From assembly GCA_043819555.1 (NCBI GenBank), contig JBDREQ010000024.1:1-54288 (forward strand): a DNA stretch of 54,288 nucleotides, read 5' to 3'. Shown piece by piece: positions 26,183 through 37,152 of the stretch. The notes under the pieces are model-generated. The model had not been told where the DNA came from, made no database searches, and was given only the letters and a program-made list of their open reading frames with translations. This DNA comes from Candidatus Zixiibacteriota bacterium (lineage in GTDB: Bacteria > Zixibacteria > MSB-5A5 > GN15 > JAAZOE01). A program made the position numbers and the translations under genes. Numbering within the stretch: the stretch's first letter is position 1; every line of letters begins with the position of its first letter.

Positions 26183-29101
26183 ATGAAGCCTGCCGCCATT
26201 AAACTACTAAAGATTATACTATTTGGATTTATTATAACCGGCATATCCGTTGCTGAAGTCACCGTACCTGAATCTGTGAATAATCGATTGCTATCTACTC
26301 CCCCGACTTCGGAAATAGAAATAATCCTCAGCTTTGAAAACGATCTGGTTACACCTGATTATTTTAATTTTAAATCTGGAAAGAGAACCGTTCGAATTGA
26401 TAGATACCGCCAGGTGGTCAATCAGCTGAATCAAAATATATGCTCTTTGGAAAATGATCTCAGACCGCAACTGGAACTCATGCGGGTGGAGGGGAAAATT
26501 ACGGATTATAAATTTTTCACCGTTTCAAAATCTTTATTTATCAAAACTACAAATGATCACGTTGATGAAATTATAAATCTGCCGGGAGTAAGACTGGTCA
26601 ATTTGAATTCAGAGATATCGCTTGTTGAACCGGTTTCTCAAAAGGCGCCTTCATTTATGGCGGCATCCTCTCTGGCTAATTCGGCGCTGGCCAATATCAA
26701 AGTCCCATATTTATGGTCCCGGGGTCTTACTGGTAAGGGCAGTTTGATTTGTTCATTTGATACCGGGGTTGACGGCGACCACCCGGCATTATCCGATAAA
26801 TGGCGAGGCAATTATACTCAATCAGCATCAGCCGCATGGTTTGCGCCGCGCGGAGATTCCTTGCCTTTTGATAATCTCGGGCATGGCTCTCATAGCATGG
26901 GTATCATGATTGGCTCGACCGATACCGATACCATCGGCGTTGCTCCAGATGCCCAATGGATTTCAGCGGCTGTAATTGATCAGGGAGCCAATCTTAGCGC
27001 GACGATTTCTGATATACTTAGCGCCTTTGATTGGGTGATAAATCCGGACGGCGATATGAGCACCATGGATGATGTCCCGGATGTATTGAATAACAGCTGG
27101 GGCGTGCCTCAAACCATTTATAGTGACTGCAACAACACTTTCTGGACAGCCATTGAAAATATCGAAGCGGCTGGAATCTTCGCGATTTTTGCCGCGGGAA
27201 ATGAGGGTCCAAATCCTCAAACATTGAGGAACCCGGCCGATCTGGCCGGTTCGCCGCTGAATTCTCTGGCGGTAGGTTCAGTCAATCAAAACACAAATAT
27301 TATTGCCGATTTTTCCAGCCGCGGACCGTCTTCATGCGGAGGCGCCATCAAGCCTGATATCGTGGCTCCGGGTGTGAATATCTACTCCTCCTTTAAAGAT
27401 GGCACTTATCGCCTGATGTCGGGTACTTCTATGTCAGCGCCCTTTATTAGTGGTCTCGTAGCCTTAATGCGCCAGTATAATCCCGAAGCGACCGTCCCCG
27501 AAATCAAAGCGGCCTTATTATCCGCCACAACCGATTTAGGGACCTCCGGGGCTGATAATGTCTACGGTCACGGATTGATTGATGCTTCAAAAATCCTTGA
27601 TTATTTGCCGACTCCAAGTATTCCTCATTTTTCAATTGTCAACTATTCCATTTCCGCCGGTGGAGATATCTATGCGGATCCCGGGGAAAATGCTGGAATA
27701 TCTTTAACAATAAATGAACCGACCGGCCAGACTGATTCCGTTAATGTCTGGATGATTTCACAATCAGATGATATAACTATTTTGCCTGATACTATCCGGT
27801 TTTATTTCGCTCAAGGCTCTATTTATGCCACCAATCATTCTCTTTTCTCCGCCTTGATTTCAACCAATGCAATTTCTGGTGAGCTAGCGCCAGTGAGAAT
27901 ATTTATGAATATTCCGGGAGTTTCGCAAATTGATACGGCAGCTATATCCATTATGATCGGTCAAGATATGCCGGGCCAGGTTTTTGACGTTAATTCAGAA
28001 AACGTTCATTTTTCAATTTCTGATTTTGGCCAATTTGGTTTTGGACTGGGTTCGATCTATCAGGCTGGCGGTCAAGGATTTACGTTTAAGAACAGTCCGA
28101 ATCTGCTCTATGAAGCCGGTTTAATTATTGGTCGCAATCCCCAGTTGATTTCAGATGGCATTCGCGACGAAAACGGAAAATTCAGGAAAAGTGATTTTTT
28201 ACCGGGAACGGAATTCTCAACATATCAAAACAAATTTGGTGTAGATGCTGTCGAAAGCAATTTTTACGATGGCGCCTCATATCCACCGATACCGGTTGAA
28301 GTAAGGCAGACTGCCTGGACAACAAATCATAATTATTCAATTCTTGTTTTTGACATATACAATCCATCTCCGGAACGGCTTGAAAATCTTTCGGCCGGTT
28401 TCTTTTGCGATTTCGATATCGCTCATTTCAATGATGAACTTGGTTACGATAGCATGACCAGTATTATATATCAATATGATCCCGGCTCCCAAATTTATGT
28501 CGGGATGGTAGGCATAAGTCCGGCCGAATTTATTATTGCCGCCGGTCAAAACGGAATTGATGCAAAGTCAGGTTTCACGCCGGAACAAAAATACAATTTG
28601 CTGACCTCAAATGCTCCCGTTCCGGTAAATGAACCGAATGGCGACTGGTACTTTTCCATTTCGCAAAACTCAGGCACAATCGATGCCTTTTCAAGCTCGA
28701 CCTTCGCCGTCGCCATTATTGCCGGAAATTCTCTGCAGGAACTTCGTGAAGCCGCCCTGTTTGCGCAGAGTGATTACGGCCTGATTTTGGACGCGAACGA
28801 TGAGACAGCGTTGCTGCCGCAAGTACTCGAGCTATCCCAAAACCACCCCAATCCTTTTAATCCGGAGACTTCAATTCGATTCGTACTGAAGTCCACCCAG
28901 CATGCGACTCTTGACGTATATAATATAATCGGGCAAAGTGTTCGGAATTTATTTGACGAAATTGCGTCTGCCGGGGAACATAATGTGATTTGGGATGGTA
29001 CTGATAATAATGGTCAACAAGTCGCGTCGGGAGTTTACTTCTACCGTTTGACTGCTGCTGATGGAGTTTCCCAGACTAAAAAGATGATTTTGATGAAATA
29101 G
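26183..29101 (+). CDS. S8 (subtilisin-like) serine peptidase with FlgD-Ig/T9SS-type C-terminal domain
   Basis: Triad motifs FDTGV, HGSH, GTSMS; AAGNEG; FSSRGP; QNHPNPFNP tail. Confidence 0.93.
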   Translation: MKPAAIKLLKIILFGFIITGISVAEVTVPESVNNRLLSTPPTSEIEIILSFENDLVTPDYFNFKSGKRTVRIDRYRQVVNQLNQNICSLENDLRPQLELMRVEGKITDYKFFTVSKSLFIKTTNDHVDEIINLPGVRLVNLNSEISLVEPVSQKAPSFMAASSLANSALANIKVPYLWSRGLTGKGSLICSFDTGVDGDHPALSDKWRGNYTQSASAAWFAPRGDSLPFDNLGHGSHSMGIMIGSTDTDTIGVAPDAQWISAAVIDQGANLSATISDILSAFDWVINPDGDMSTMDDVPDVLNNSWGVPQTIYSDCNNTFWTAIENIEAAGIFAIFAAGNEGPNPQTLRNPADLAGSPLNSLAVGSVNQNTNIIADFSSRGPSSCGGAIKPDIVAPGVNIYSSFKDGTYRLMSGTSMSAPFISGLVALMRQYNPEATVPEIKAALLSATTDLGTSGADNVYGHGLIDASKILDYLPTPSIPHFSIVNYSISAGGDIYADPGENAGISLTINEPTGQTDSVNVWMISQSDDITILPDTIRFYFAQGSIYATNHSLFSALISTNAISGELAPVRIFMNIPGVSQIDTAAISIMIGQDMPGQVFDVNSENVHFSISDFGQFGFGLGSIYQAGGQGFTFKNSPNLLYEAGLIIGRNPQLISDGIRDENGKFRKSDFLPGTEFSTYQNKFGVDAVESNFYDGASYPPIPVEVRQTAWTTNHNYSILVFDIYNPSPERLENLSAGFFCDFDIAHFNDELGYDSMTSIIYQYDPGSQIYVGMVGISPAEFIIAAGQNGIDAKSGFTPEQKYNLLTSNAPVPVNEPNGDWYFSISQNSGTIDAFSSSTFAVAIIAGNSLQELREAALFAQSDYGLILDANDETALLPQVLELSQNHPNPFNPETSIRFVLKSTQHATLDVYNIIGQSVRNLFDEIASAGEHNVIWDGTDNNGQQVASGVYFYRLTAADGVSQTKKMILMK

Positions 29102-29170
29102 ACTTGAAAAATAAATCAGATATTTTATCTTTAGGATTGATTGAAATACATGAAAGGTACTGGTGATAGA

Positions 29171-31849
29171 ATGAACTGGTCTGGATTTAAGATAATAGCT
29201 GGAATGTTGCTCGCGTTTATTCTCCTGCATGGAGTTACTCTGGCTGTCGCTCCCTCGGAAGAAGTGATAGCTCGCCTCAAAGAATCAGGTCAACTTGATT
29301 CATATATGCAACGACTGCGCCAAATGCGCGAAGCGGGAGCCGATACACCGGACAAACTTCTTTTGGGGCAAAGGTTGGCCGCAAATAGCCAGGCCATAGA
29401 TACCCATCAAGTCGTGGTTCTCTTGATTGATTTTTCCGACATGCCCTATACCGTCGGTAACGCCGCTCCCACCGCGGATGAGTTCGATTCCCTGCTTTTT
29501 TCCGATAGCCTCAAAAACCCGACCGGCTCAATGAAAGAATTTTATTATGAGAATTCCTATGGCCAGTATGTCATTGAAGGCGATGTTTATGGATGGTATT
29601 CTTCAACGCTTGGGCACGATGATTTCACATCTATATTTAATGCCGCGACGTTGGTTGGCATGGCCGTAAATGCTGCCGATAATGACGTGGATTTCAGTAA
29701 ATATGACAATGACGACGATGGTTTTGTTGAAGGTGTAATCGTAATTCATGCCGGTACAGGCGCAGAAGAATCAGGCGATTTAACCGATATTCATTCCCAC
29801 TGTGCCAATCTCGGTCAGTCAATTCTTGTTGACGGTGTGAGAGTGTTTCGATACACTATTCAGCCGGAAGAATCCTATGTAACCGGCTCCATTATTCAAA
29901 TTGGCGTTTTCTGCCACGAATGGGGTCACATCCTGGGCCTCCCTGATTTATATGATATCGATGAGGGCGACGATAATGAGGGCGTTGGCCGCTGGTCGCT
30001 AATGGGTTCCGGCAATTATAATAACTTGTCCAAATCACCATCCCATTTCGATGCCTGGTCCAAATATCAATTGGGTTGGCTTGATCCTATTCGGGTAATG
30101 CAAAATACGTCAAACGTTGATATCCCGGCGATAGAATTTAATCCGGTCGCGTATTTACTTGCCAGAGACGGAAGCGGAACTTCCGAATATTTCCTTATCG
30201 AGAATCGCCAAAAACTCGGCTTTGATGTTGGGCTTATGGGGGCCGGTATCATAATCTATCACGTTGATGAATCGCGTACGAGCAATCGAAGCGATTGGCA
30301 TCCATTGATTTTTGTTGAACAGGCCGATGGAAATTATGATTTGCAGTACGGTCGAAACAGGGGCGACTTTAACGATCCCTGGCCATATAAGGACAAAATA
30401 GATTTTCATGATAAAACCGATCCGGGCTCCAAATACTATAGCTTTGTCTCATCCCAGGTCGCGCTCTGGAATATGTCCGCTTCCGATTCAATTATGTATG
30501 CCGATATTGACGTTACGTTTTCGCGGCCATGGCTGACAGCCACATCGGTAATTTTTTCCGACCTTGCCTACGGAAATCAAAACGACATAATTGAAGCCGG
30601 TGAGACAATACAGGTACTTCTTGCCCTGCAAAACGACTGGGGTGATGCCGAAAATGTTGTCGCCACATTGAGCGCCGACGATCCTTTATTAACGATAAAG
30701 GAGGAAACAGCCGAATACGGTTTGATTGCCACCGGAACGAGTGCGGTCAACGCGCCTCCATTTGAATTTACAGTTCCGTCCGAATATGCTTCGCGTATTG
30801 ATTCTTTCTATTTTGAAGTCAGTTCCAATGGGGGTTCTTATACGATTTCATTCGCAGATGAAGCAAGTGTTGGCAAACCCCAGATTTTAATCGTCGATGC
30901 TGATGATCAAAACGCGGATAGCCTTGAAAAAGTGATTACTGATTTTATGTATAATAGCCGCAAACCGGTCAGGGTATGGGATCGTACTGCCCAGGGAACT
31001 CCCTTGCCATCCACGACTTTTGATTACTCCATGATGATCTGGCAGACCGGCGATTATCGAGAAGATTTGCTATCCACTGAGGATATTGCCACCATGAAAG
31101 TCTATATGGACCAAAACGACGGCAATGTGTTCCTAACCGGCGAAGGATTGGCCAAACAGTTATCGACCCAGGATCCTGATTTTCTGAATAATTATCTCGG
31201 AGCAGAATATATTGATGTGCAATATGCCGGATCTTCACTTCTAAATCCATCCGAAGGTCCGATTTCATCCGGATTAAAATGGATGTTTATAAATTCTCAA
31301 TTGGTTGTTGACCACATAAGTCCTATCGGAGGCGGTGTTGGGGAATGGGAATATTACAATATGACGGGAGAATATGGCGGTGTTTCAAATATTAGTGGAA
31401 ATTACAAATCCGTGTTTTTTGCATTCAAAATGGAGAGCGTAAGGAATACAGATACTTTATTTACTCCTGCAAGGGTGATGCTGGACCGTATTATGGAATT
31501 CTTTGGCGCAATTCCTACCGATGTGGAAAACCCGGGAGAGATGGCCGTTAATCTGCCCCAACGATTCAAACTCAATCAGAATTATCCCAATCCATTTAAT
31601 CCCATAACGAAAATTAACTATCTTGTTACCGGTGCCGGAACCCGCTTTGATCGTACTCGTATCGATGTTTTCAATATAATTGGCCAGCATGTTTTGACAT
31701 TAGTGGATCGATACGAGATGCCGGGAGAATATCAGGTCACCTGGGACGGCTGCGGCCAGAATGGCGAGTCAGTAGCCTCGGGCATATATTATTATCGATT
31801 AACCAGGGGAGATCAAAGCGAAACGAAAAAAATGGTATTTTTGAAGTAG
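29171..31849 (+). CDS. M6 (immune inhibitor A-like) metalloprotease with FlgD-Ig/T9SS-type C-terminal domain
   Basis: GSMKEFYYENSYG, HAGTGAE, HEWGHILGLPDLYD, WSLMGSG, EYFLIENRQ; QNYPNPFNP tail; start 29150 or 29171. Confidence 0.93.
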   Translation: MNWSGFKIIAGMLLAFILLHGVTLAVAPSEEVIARLKESGQLDSYMQRLRQMREAGADTPDKLLLGQRLAANSQAIDTHQVVVLLIDFSDMPYTVGNAAPTADEFDSLLFSDSLKNPTGSMKEFYYENSYGQYVIEGDVYGWYSSTLGHDDFTSIFNAATLVGMAVNAADNDVDFSKYDNDDDGFVEGVIVIHAGTGAEESGDLTDIHSHCANLGQSILVDGVRVFRYTIQPEESYVTGSIIQIGVFCHEWGHILGLPDLYDIDEGDDNEGVGRWSLMGSGNYNNLSKSPSHFDAWSKYQLGWLDPIRVMQNTSNVDIPAIEFNPVAYLLARDGSGTSEYFLIENRQKLGFDVGLMGAGIIIYHVDESRTSNRSDWHPLIFVEQADGNYDLQYGRNRGDFNDPWPYKDKIDFHDKTDPGSKYYSFVSSQVALWNMSASDSIMYADIDVTFSRPWLTATSVIFSDLAYGNQNDIIEAGETIQVLLALQNDWGDAENVVATLSADDPLLTIKEETAEYGLIATGTSAVNAPPFEFTVPSEYASRIDSFYFEVSSNGGSYTISFADEASVGKPQILIVDADDQNADSLEKVITDFMYNSRKPVRVWDRTAQGTPLPSTTFDYSMMIWQTGDYREDLLSTEDIATMKVYMDQNDGNVFLTGEGLAKQLSTQDPDFLNNYLGAEYIDVQYAGSSLLNPSEGPISSGLKWMFINSQLVVDHISPIGGGVGEWEYYNMTGEYGGVSNISGNYKSVFFAFKMESVRNTDTLFTPARVMLDRIMEFFGAIPTDVENPGEMAVNLPQRFKLNQNYPNPFNPITKINYLVTGAGTRFDRTRIDVFNIIGQHVLTLVDRYEMPGEYQVTWDGCGQNGESVASGIYYYRLTRGDQSETKKMVFLK

Positions 31850-31876
31850 AAGTGGTTCCAGCTTCGTCTTCATTCC

Positions 31877-31903
31877 AAAGGCCGGCGTCTACCGGCCTTT
31901 TTT
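31877..31903 (+). terminator. Rho-independent terminator
   Basis: AAAGGCCGG-cgtcta-CCGGCCTTTTTT. Confidence 0.85.
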
Positions 31904-31969
31904 ATTGACTTAATTTTCTCCAAAGGCAATCCTGACCATCTGAATTTTCAACCCATCTGATTATCGGTA

Positions 31970-31998
31970 TTGACACTCGATTAAAAACGGCTTACTAT
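31970..31998 (+). promoter_or_regulatory. sigma70 promoter of the ecfT-truA operon
   Basis: TTGACA-17 nt-TACTAT. Confidence 0.6.
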
Positions 31999-32018
31999 TC
32001 AATCTTCTGGAGTGTTCT

Positions 32019-32831
32019 ATGCTGAGTACGGATAAACTAATTATTGGCCAATATCAACCCGGTCAGGGATTCACTTATCGACTCGATCCGCGTACGAAAA
32101 TTTTAGTAATCTTTATGATTATGATTTGGGTATTGGCGATTACTGATTTGGTCTTTTATATCTCTTTAATATTAGGGCTTTTTTCCTGGCTGCTATCTTG
32201 CCGTCTGGGAATCGCCCGAATATTAAAAAACCTGACGCCAATCATCTGGTTTGTAGCTTTTACAGTTCTTATTCATTCTATCTTTTCTGGAAAAAACGAT
32301 CCGGTCAAAGTATTCCAAATCGGAGGATTTAGCATTAGCGAGACAGCGCTCAAACTAGCCTCGATTTATTCGGCCCGCATCATTATTTTTGTCCTGGCCA
32401 CATTTGTAATTTCTCTGACAACCAGCCCTCTGGCGATTTCGGAAGGAATCGTATCTCTAATAAAGCCTTTGCGCTGGCTGAAAGCCCCGGTCTATGATCT
32501 GGGCATGATTCTATTCATAGCATTGCGTTTTATCCCGGTTTTAACCGGTGAATTTGAAATGATCAGGAAGGCCCAATATATTCGAGGAATAAGTTTGTCG
32601 GGGAATCTGTTTTTTCGAATCAAAAAATCTATCGCGCTCGTCCTTCCGGTGTTTTTTGGCGCCATGCGGAGGGCCGATGAATTATCGATTGCAATTGAGA
32701 CACGCGGCTATAGAAGCGGTCATCCGCGCAGTTCATTGCGGCCTCTCCGTTTTTCGATGGCCGATATTTCTATTCTTTGCCTGTCGGTTATCATTACGCT
32801 TGGCTATATTGTAATCGGGAATTTGGCCTAA
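32019..32831 (+). CDS. ecfT: Energy-coupling factor transporter transmembrane T component
   Basis: LDPRTK, LTTSP, IALRFIP, AQxxRG, AIETRGY. Confidence 0.93.
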   Translation: MLSTDKLIIGQYQPGQGFTYRLDPRTKILVIFMIMIWVLAITDLVFYISLILGLFSWLLSCRLGIARILKNLTPIIWFVAFTVLIHSIFSGKNDPVKVFQIGGFSISETALKLASIYSARIIIFVLATFVISLTTSPLAISEGIVSLIKPLRWLKAPVYDLGMILFIALRFIPVLTGEFEMIRKAQYIRGISLSGNLFFRIKKSIALVLPVFFGAMRRADELSIAIETRGYRSGHPRSSLRPLRFSMADISILCLSVIITLGYIVIGNLA

Positions 32832-33562
32832 TGGAAAGAAATATAAAACTGAAAATAGAATATAACGGCGCCGGCTATGCCGGCTGGCAATACCAGCCAA
32901 AGCAAAAAACAGTACAAGGCGAACTTGAAAACGCCATTAGGAAAATAATTTCCAAAAAAGCAACACTTTACGCAGCAGGCCGTACTGACGCCGGAGTTCA
33001 CGCCCGGGGCCAAATCGCCAATTTCCGAACCGAATCAAAATTAACGCCATCTAAATTACGAGATGCCTTGAATTTTCATCTGCCGAATGATATATTGATA
33101 GTCTCGGCGCAAGAAGTTCCAATTGGTTTTCATGCCCGATTTGACGCTATATATAGGCGCTATTGCTATAACATTGCCAGCGAACAGTCGGCTTTTGACA
33201 ATGAAAGAATATGGCGGATGCGCATGTCTTTGAACAGAACGGCTCTTGAAAGGGCGGCCGATTATATAATCGGAGATCATGATTTCGCTTCATTTTGCGT
33301 ATCAAGTTCTTTGAAAGAAAATAATCATTGTCTGGTCTACCGCTCGCGTTGGGCTGCTAATAACGAGTGTTTGCAATATGAAATAACAGCCGACAGATTT
33401 TTACATACAATGATCAGATCATTGGTTGGGTTAATGATAGAATTCGCGCGCGGCGCGATTACATTTAAAGGCTTTAAGGAAATATTTAACGACGGTGATC
33501 ATTCTGCTTTGCCCCGCGTAGCTCCGGCTCAAGGCTTGTGTCTGGTTGAAGTCGGATATTAA
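32831..33562 (+). CDS. truA: tRNA pseudouridine(38-40) synthase
   Basis: GWQYQ, AGRTDAGVHA, FHARF, FLHTMIR, APAQGL; ATG overlaps the ecfT stop. Confidence 0.96.
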   Translation: MERNIKLKIEYNGAGYAGWQYQPKQKTVQGELENAIRKIISKKATLYAAGRTDAGVHARGQIANFRTESKLTPSKLRDALNFHLPNDILIVSAQEVPIGFHARFDAIYRRYCYNIASEQSAFDNERIWRMRMSLNRTALERAADYIIGDHDFASFCVSSSLKENNHCLVYRSRWAANNECLQYEITADRFLHTMIRSLVGLMIEFARGAITFKGFKEIFNDGDHSALPRVAPAQGLCLVEVGY

Positions 33563-33581
33563 ATATATAGGGAGATAAAAA

Positions 33582-34229
33582 ATGAAGTTTTTTATTGATA
33601 CGGCCAATCTGGATGAGATCAGACAGGCGGCCGAAATGGGGATTTTGGATGGGGTGACGACAAATCCATCATTATTGGCGAAGGAAAAAGGTACCTACAA
33701 GGATATTCTGACGGAAATTTGTAAAATCGTTCCGGGTTCTGTTTCGGCCGAAGTTGTCGCAATTGATGCTGCAGGAATGGTCAAAGAAGGCAAAGAGTTG
33801 GCCAAAATCGCGGACAATATAACTATCAAAATACCAACTATTCTGGAAGGTCTCAAGGCGATTAAATCTCTTACTGCCGAAGGCATTATGACCAACGCAA
33901 CGCTTATTTTTAATCCTATGCAGGCTTTGATGGTTGCCAAAGCGGGAGCGACCTTTGCTTCTCCGTTTATCGGCCGCATTGACGATATGTCACATGATGG
34001 AATGCGATTGATTGAAAAAATAGTCATTATCTACGAGAATTACGGATACGAGACACAGGTTCTGGCCGCGTCGATCCGCACCACGCAGCATGTTATCCAG
34101 TCGGCCTTATTAGGCGCTCATGTATGTACCATGCCGCTTAGTGTTATCGCTCAGTTAATCAAGCACCCGCTGACCGATATTGGTCTTAAAAAATTCCTCG
34201 AAGACTGGGAAAAAGTGAATAAGGGTTAA
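33582..34229 (+). CDS. fsa: Transaldolase / fructose-6-phosphate aldolase (short TalC type)
   Basis: [41 protein letters not shown]. Confidence 0.92.
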   Translation: MKFFIDTANLDEIRQAAEMGILDGVTTNPSLLAKEKGTYKDILTEICKIVPGSVSAEVVAIDAAGMVKEGKELAKIADNITIKIPTILEGLKAIKSLTAEGIMTNATLIFNPMQALMVAKAGATFASPFIGRIDDMSHDGMRLIEKIVIIYENYGYETQVLAASIRTTQHVIQSALLGAHVCTMPLSVIAQLIKHPLTDIGLKKFLEDWEKVNKG

Positions 34230-34231
34230 AG

Positions 34232-35524
34232 ATGATAGAACGATATACTCTCCCGGAAATGGGAAACATCTGGACGGAGCAAAATAAATTCGAGAGCTGG
34301 CTCAAAGTTGAAATCGCGGCCAGTCGAGCGTTAGCCGATTTGGGAATTATCCCCAGAAAGGCATTTCGGGTTATCGAAAAGAAAGCCGCTTTTAGCCTCA
34401 AGCGGATCGAAAAGATTGAGGCCAAAGTTGATCATGATGTGATTGCCTTTTTGACGTCCGTGGCCGAGAAGGTTGGCCCCGAAGCCAAATACATTCATTT
34501 CGGCATGACCTCTTCTGATGTTCTTGATACGGCGACGGCATTGCGCTTAAAACAGGCATCCGAGCTTATAGATAATAAATTAGTCCGTGCTCTTTCGGCT
34601 ATCCGCTCTCTGGCCAAACGGTATAAACTGACACCGATTATCGGGCGTACACACGGCGTCTTCGCCGAACCGACCAGCCTTGGTTTGAAATTTGCGATGT
34701 GGTACACCGAATTGAAGCGGGGACATGAGAGATTCAAGGCGGCCGCCAGGGAAGTCGCAGTTGGCAAAATTTCAGGAGCAGTCGGCAACTTTGCCAATCT
34801 TGATCCGATTGTAGAAATGAAAGTCTGCCGGGAACTAAAACTTACACCCGCGGAAGTTTCTACTCAAATCGTTCAGCGCGATCGCTATGCCGCATATTTG
34901 AATGCCATCGCGTTATTGGCGTCATCCCTGGAGAAATTCGCGACTGAAATAAGAAACCTCCAACGGACTGAAGTAGGAGAGCTTCAGGAGGGATTTGCCA
35001 AAGGCCAAAAGGGCTCTTCGGCCATGCCTCATAAGAAAAACCCGATTACTGCCGAGCGTATTGCCGGACTTTCTCGGGTTCTTCGAGGCAACGCCCTGGC
35101 CGGGATGGAAAATGTCGCCCTGTGGCATGAACGGGATATTACTCACAGCTCGGTCGAACGAGTGATTGTCCCGGATAGCTGTATCCTAATCGATTATATG
35201 CTGGAGAAATTTATTGGCGTTCTGAAAAATCTAGTCGTCAACAAGAAACGCATGAAAGAGAATATTTATATGACCGGCGGCCTTGTTTTTTCACAGCGCC
35301 TGCTGCTTAAGTTAACTGGTCTGGTGGGCAGCCGCGAAAAGGCGTATCAAATTGTCCAAAGCAATGCCATGGACGCCCATCAGGGCAAGGAGACATTTAT
35401 AAGCCTTGTCAAATCCGATCCGCGTGTGACCGCTCATTTATCGGTTAAAGAAATTGACGAGTGTTTCGCCCTGGACTATTATTTGCGAAATGTTTCCAAA
35501 ATATTCAAAAGGGTATTTGGATGA
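34232..35524 (+). CDS. purB: Adenylosuccinate lyase
   Basis: MIERY, HDVIAF, GRTHG, GSSAMPHKKNP, WHERDITHSS. Confidence 0.97.
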   Translation: MIERYTLPEMGNIWTEQNKFESWLKVEIAASRALADLGIIPRKAFRVIEKKAAFSLKRIEKIEAKVDHDVIAFLTSVAEKVGPEAKYIHFGMTSSDVLDTATALRLKQASELIDNKLVRALSAIRSLAKRYKLTPIIGRTHGVFAEPTSLGLKFAMWYTELKRGHERFKAAAREVAVGKISGAVGNFANLDPIVEMKVCRELKLTPAEVSTQIVQRDRYAAYLNAIALLASSLEKFATEIRNLQRTEVGELQEGFAKGQKGSSAMPHKKNPITAERIAGLSRVLRGNALAGMENVALWHERDITHSSVERVIVPDSCILIDYMLEKFIGVLKNLVVNKKRMKENIYMTGGLVFSQRLLLKLTGLVGSREKAYQIVQSNAMDAHQGKETFISLVKSDPRVTAHLSVKEIDECFALDYYLRNVSKIFKRVFG

Positions 35525-36162
35525 CTATAGCCAGAGACGGATTGCCATTCATTTTTGGAACTCTGATTCCGGGAATCATAATTATCGCATTGTTTCCATC
35601 ATATCCGCGATGGTGGTTTATGGCTCTTGGCATTTTATTGACGCTTTTTGGACTGTTCTGCATTGTTTTTTTTCGCAATCCTAAACGCAAGATTCCAAAT
35701 GACAATTCATCAATTGTTTCTCCCGCTGATGGAAAAGTGATTAAGATTCTGGAAGTCGAAGATGAATATGTGGGAATGGCTTACCGGGTCGATATTTTTC
35801 TTTCCGTTTTTGATGTTCACCTGAATCGCATTCCTTTTAATGGTCGCGTTGATTTTGTAAAGTACCGTCCGGGGAAATTTTTCTCCGCCTTCAAAGATAA
35901 AGCTTCTGAAGATAACGAACGAACGGATATCGGGATAGAAAGCGATTTCGGCAAATTCCGTGTGGCGCAGATAGCCGGTCTTATCGCACGGCGCATTGTT
36001 TGCCGCCTCAAAAAAAATGATTCCGTAAACATGGGTCAGCTCTTTGGCCTGATAAGATTTGGTTCCCGGACAGAAATTACCTTTCAGCGAACCTTCACGC
36101 CTATTGTAAAAGTAGGCCAGCATGTTAAAGGCGGAGAATCAATTATCGGGAGAATCATTTGA
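35521..36162 (+). CDS. psd: Phosphatidylserine decarboxylase proenzyme
   Basis: FFRNP, SPADGKV, DVHLNR, QIAGLIARRI, FGS cleavage motif; ATGA overlap with purB. Confidence 0.94.
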   Translation: MTIARDGLPFIFGTLIPGIIIIALFPSYPRWWFMALGILLTLFGLFCIVFFRNPKRKIPNDNSSIVSPADGKVIKILEVEDEYVGMAYRVDIFLSVFDVHLNRIPFNGRVDFVKYRPGKFFSAFKDKASEDNERTDIGIESDFGKFRVAQIAGLIARRIVCRLKKNDSVNMGQLFGLIRFGSRTEITFQRTFTPIVKVGQHVKGGESIIGRII

Positions 36163-36163
36163 A

Positions 36164-36868
36164 ATGCCGAATTATCGCCCCATATTTCCTAATATCTTTA
36201 CCGCCGGTAATATTTTTTGCGGTTTTTTATCTTTAATCTACGCCGCTGAAGGAAAGCCAATGGCCGCCGCCTGGCTTATTGTATTTGCCGGAATTCTCGA
36301 CGCCTTCGATGGCAAAGTCGCCCGTTTATCCGGAGGTGCAACGGAATTGGGCAAAGAACTGGATTCACTTGCTGATTTCATATCTTTCGGCATTGCTCCC
36401 GCATTTCTTATTCATACGTTCAAGCTCAATGTTTTTGGCGAAGGGGGCTTGATTGTTGGATTTATGTACATAACCGCTTCCGGTTACCGCCTGGCTCGAT
36501 TTAATCTGCTGTCATCGTCTGATGAGAAACAGAATTTTCTCGGCCTTCCGGTTCCCATAGCCGCTATGGGTCTGATCGGCTATATAATTTTTTGCCATCA
36601 TATATGGGGTCAAATTGAATATGCTGAATATCTTATCGTAATGATGATTCTATTTTCGGCCCTGATGGTTTCTCAGATTGAATATTATGCTTTGCCAGAT
36701 AATTTTAATACTCGCGAAAACAGAATCAAATTGTTATATATAATTGCGCTGGCGATAGCCGGTTTGATTAAACCGAGATTATTAATGTTCCCGATGTTTC
36801 TTATATATATCTTGGGAGGATTAATACTGGAAGGCATCAGAATTATAAAAAACAGTAAGAATGAGTAA
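36164..36868 (+). CDS. pssA: CDP-diacylglycerol--serine O-phosphatidyltransferase
   Basis: PNIFT, DxxDGxxAR...GxxLDSLAD, RLARFN, FLGLP. Confidence 0.93.
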   Translation: MPNYRPIFPNIFTAGNIFCGFLSLIYAAEGKPMAAAWLIVFAGILDAFDGKVARLSGGATELGKELDSLADFISFGIAPAFLIHTFKLNVFGEGGLIVGFMYITASGYRLARFNLLSSSDEKQNFLGLPVPIAAMGLIGYIIFCHHIWGQIEYAEYLIVMMILFSALMVSQIEYYALPDNFNTRENRIKLLYIIALAIAGLIKPRLLMFPMFLIYILGGLILEGIRIIKNSKNE

Positions 36869-36906
36869 GGATATGACCAGCATATGTTGTCTGAAAGGAA
36901 TATAAA

Positions 36907-37152
36907 TTGAGCAAATCAAAAGCGGTTGTATATATTCGCCTCAAAGACGGAGTCTTGGATCCCCAGGGTAAAACTATCGCTCATGCGATGAGCAATATGG
37001 GATATAGTGAATTTGATTCCGTTCGGAGCGGCAGATTTTTTGAGTTGGAATGCGATTCGCGCCCCGATTTAGAACAAAGAATTGACGAAATTTGCCGCAA
37101 GCTTCTGGCCAATCCAGTTATAGAAAACTATGAAGTGGAAATGATGGCATGA
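36907..37152 (+). CDS. purS: Phosphoribosylformylglycinamidine synthase subunit PurS
   Basis: VLDPQG, LLANPVIENY; TTG start after AAGGA. Confidence 0.95.
   Translation: MSKSKAVVYIRLKDGVLDPQGKTIAHAMSNMGYSEFDSVRSGRFFELECDSRPDLEQRIDEICRKLLANPVIENYEVEMMA

Noticed and set aside
35461..35520. Extended starts given in the ORF track for psd (likewise truA, pssA and 38316)
   Set aside because: They overlap upstream genes; downstream ATGs coupled to stop codons fit family N-termini better.
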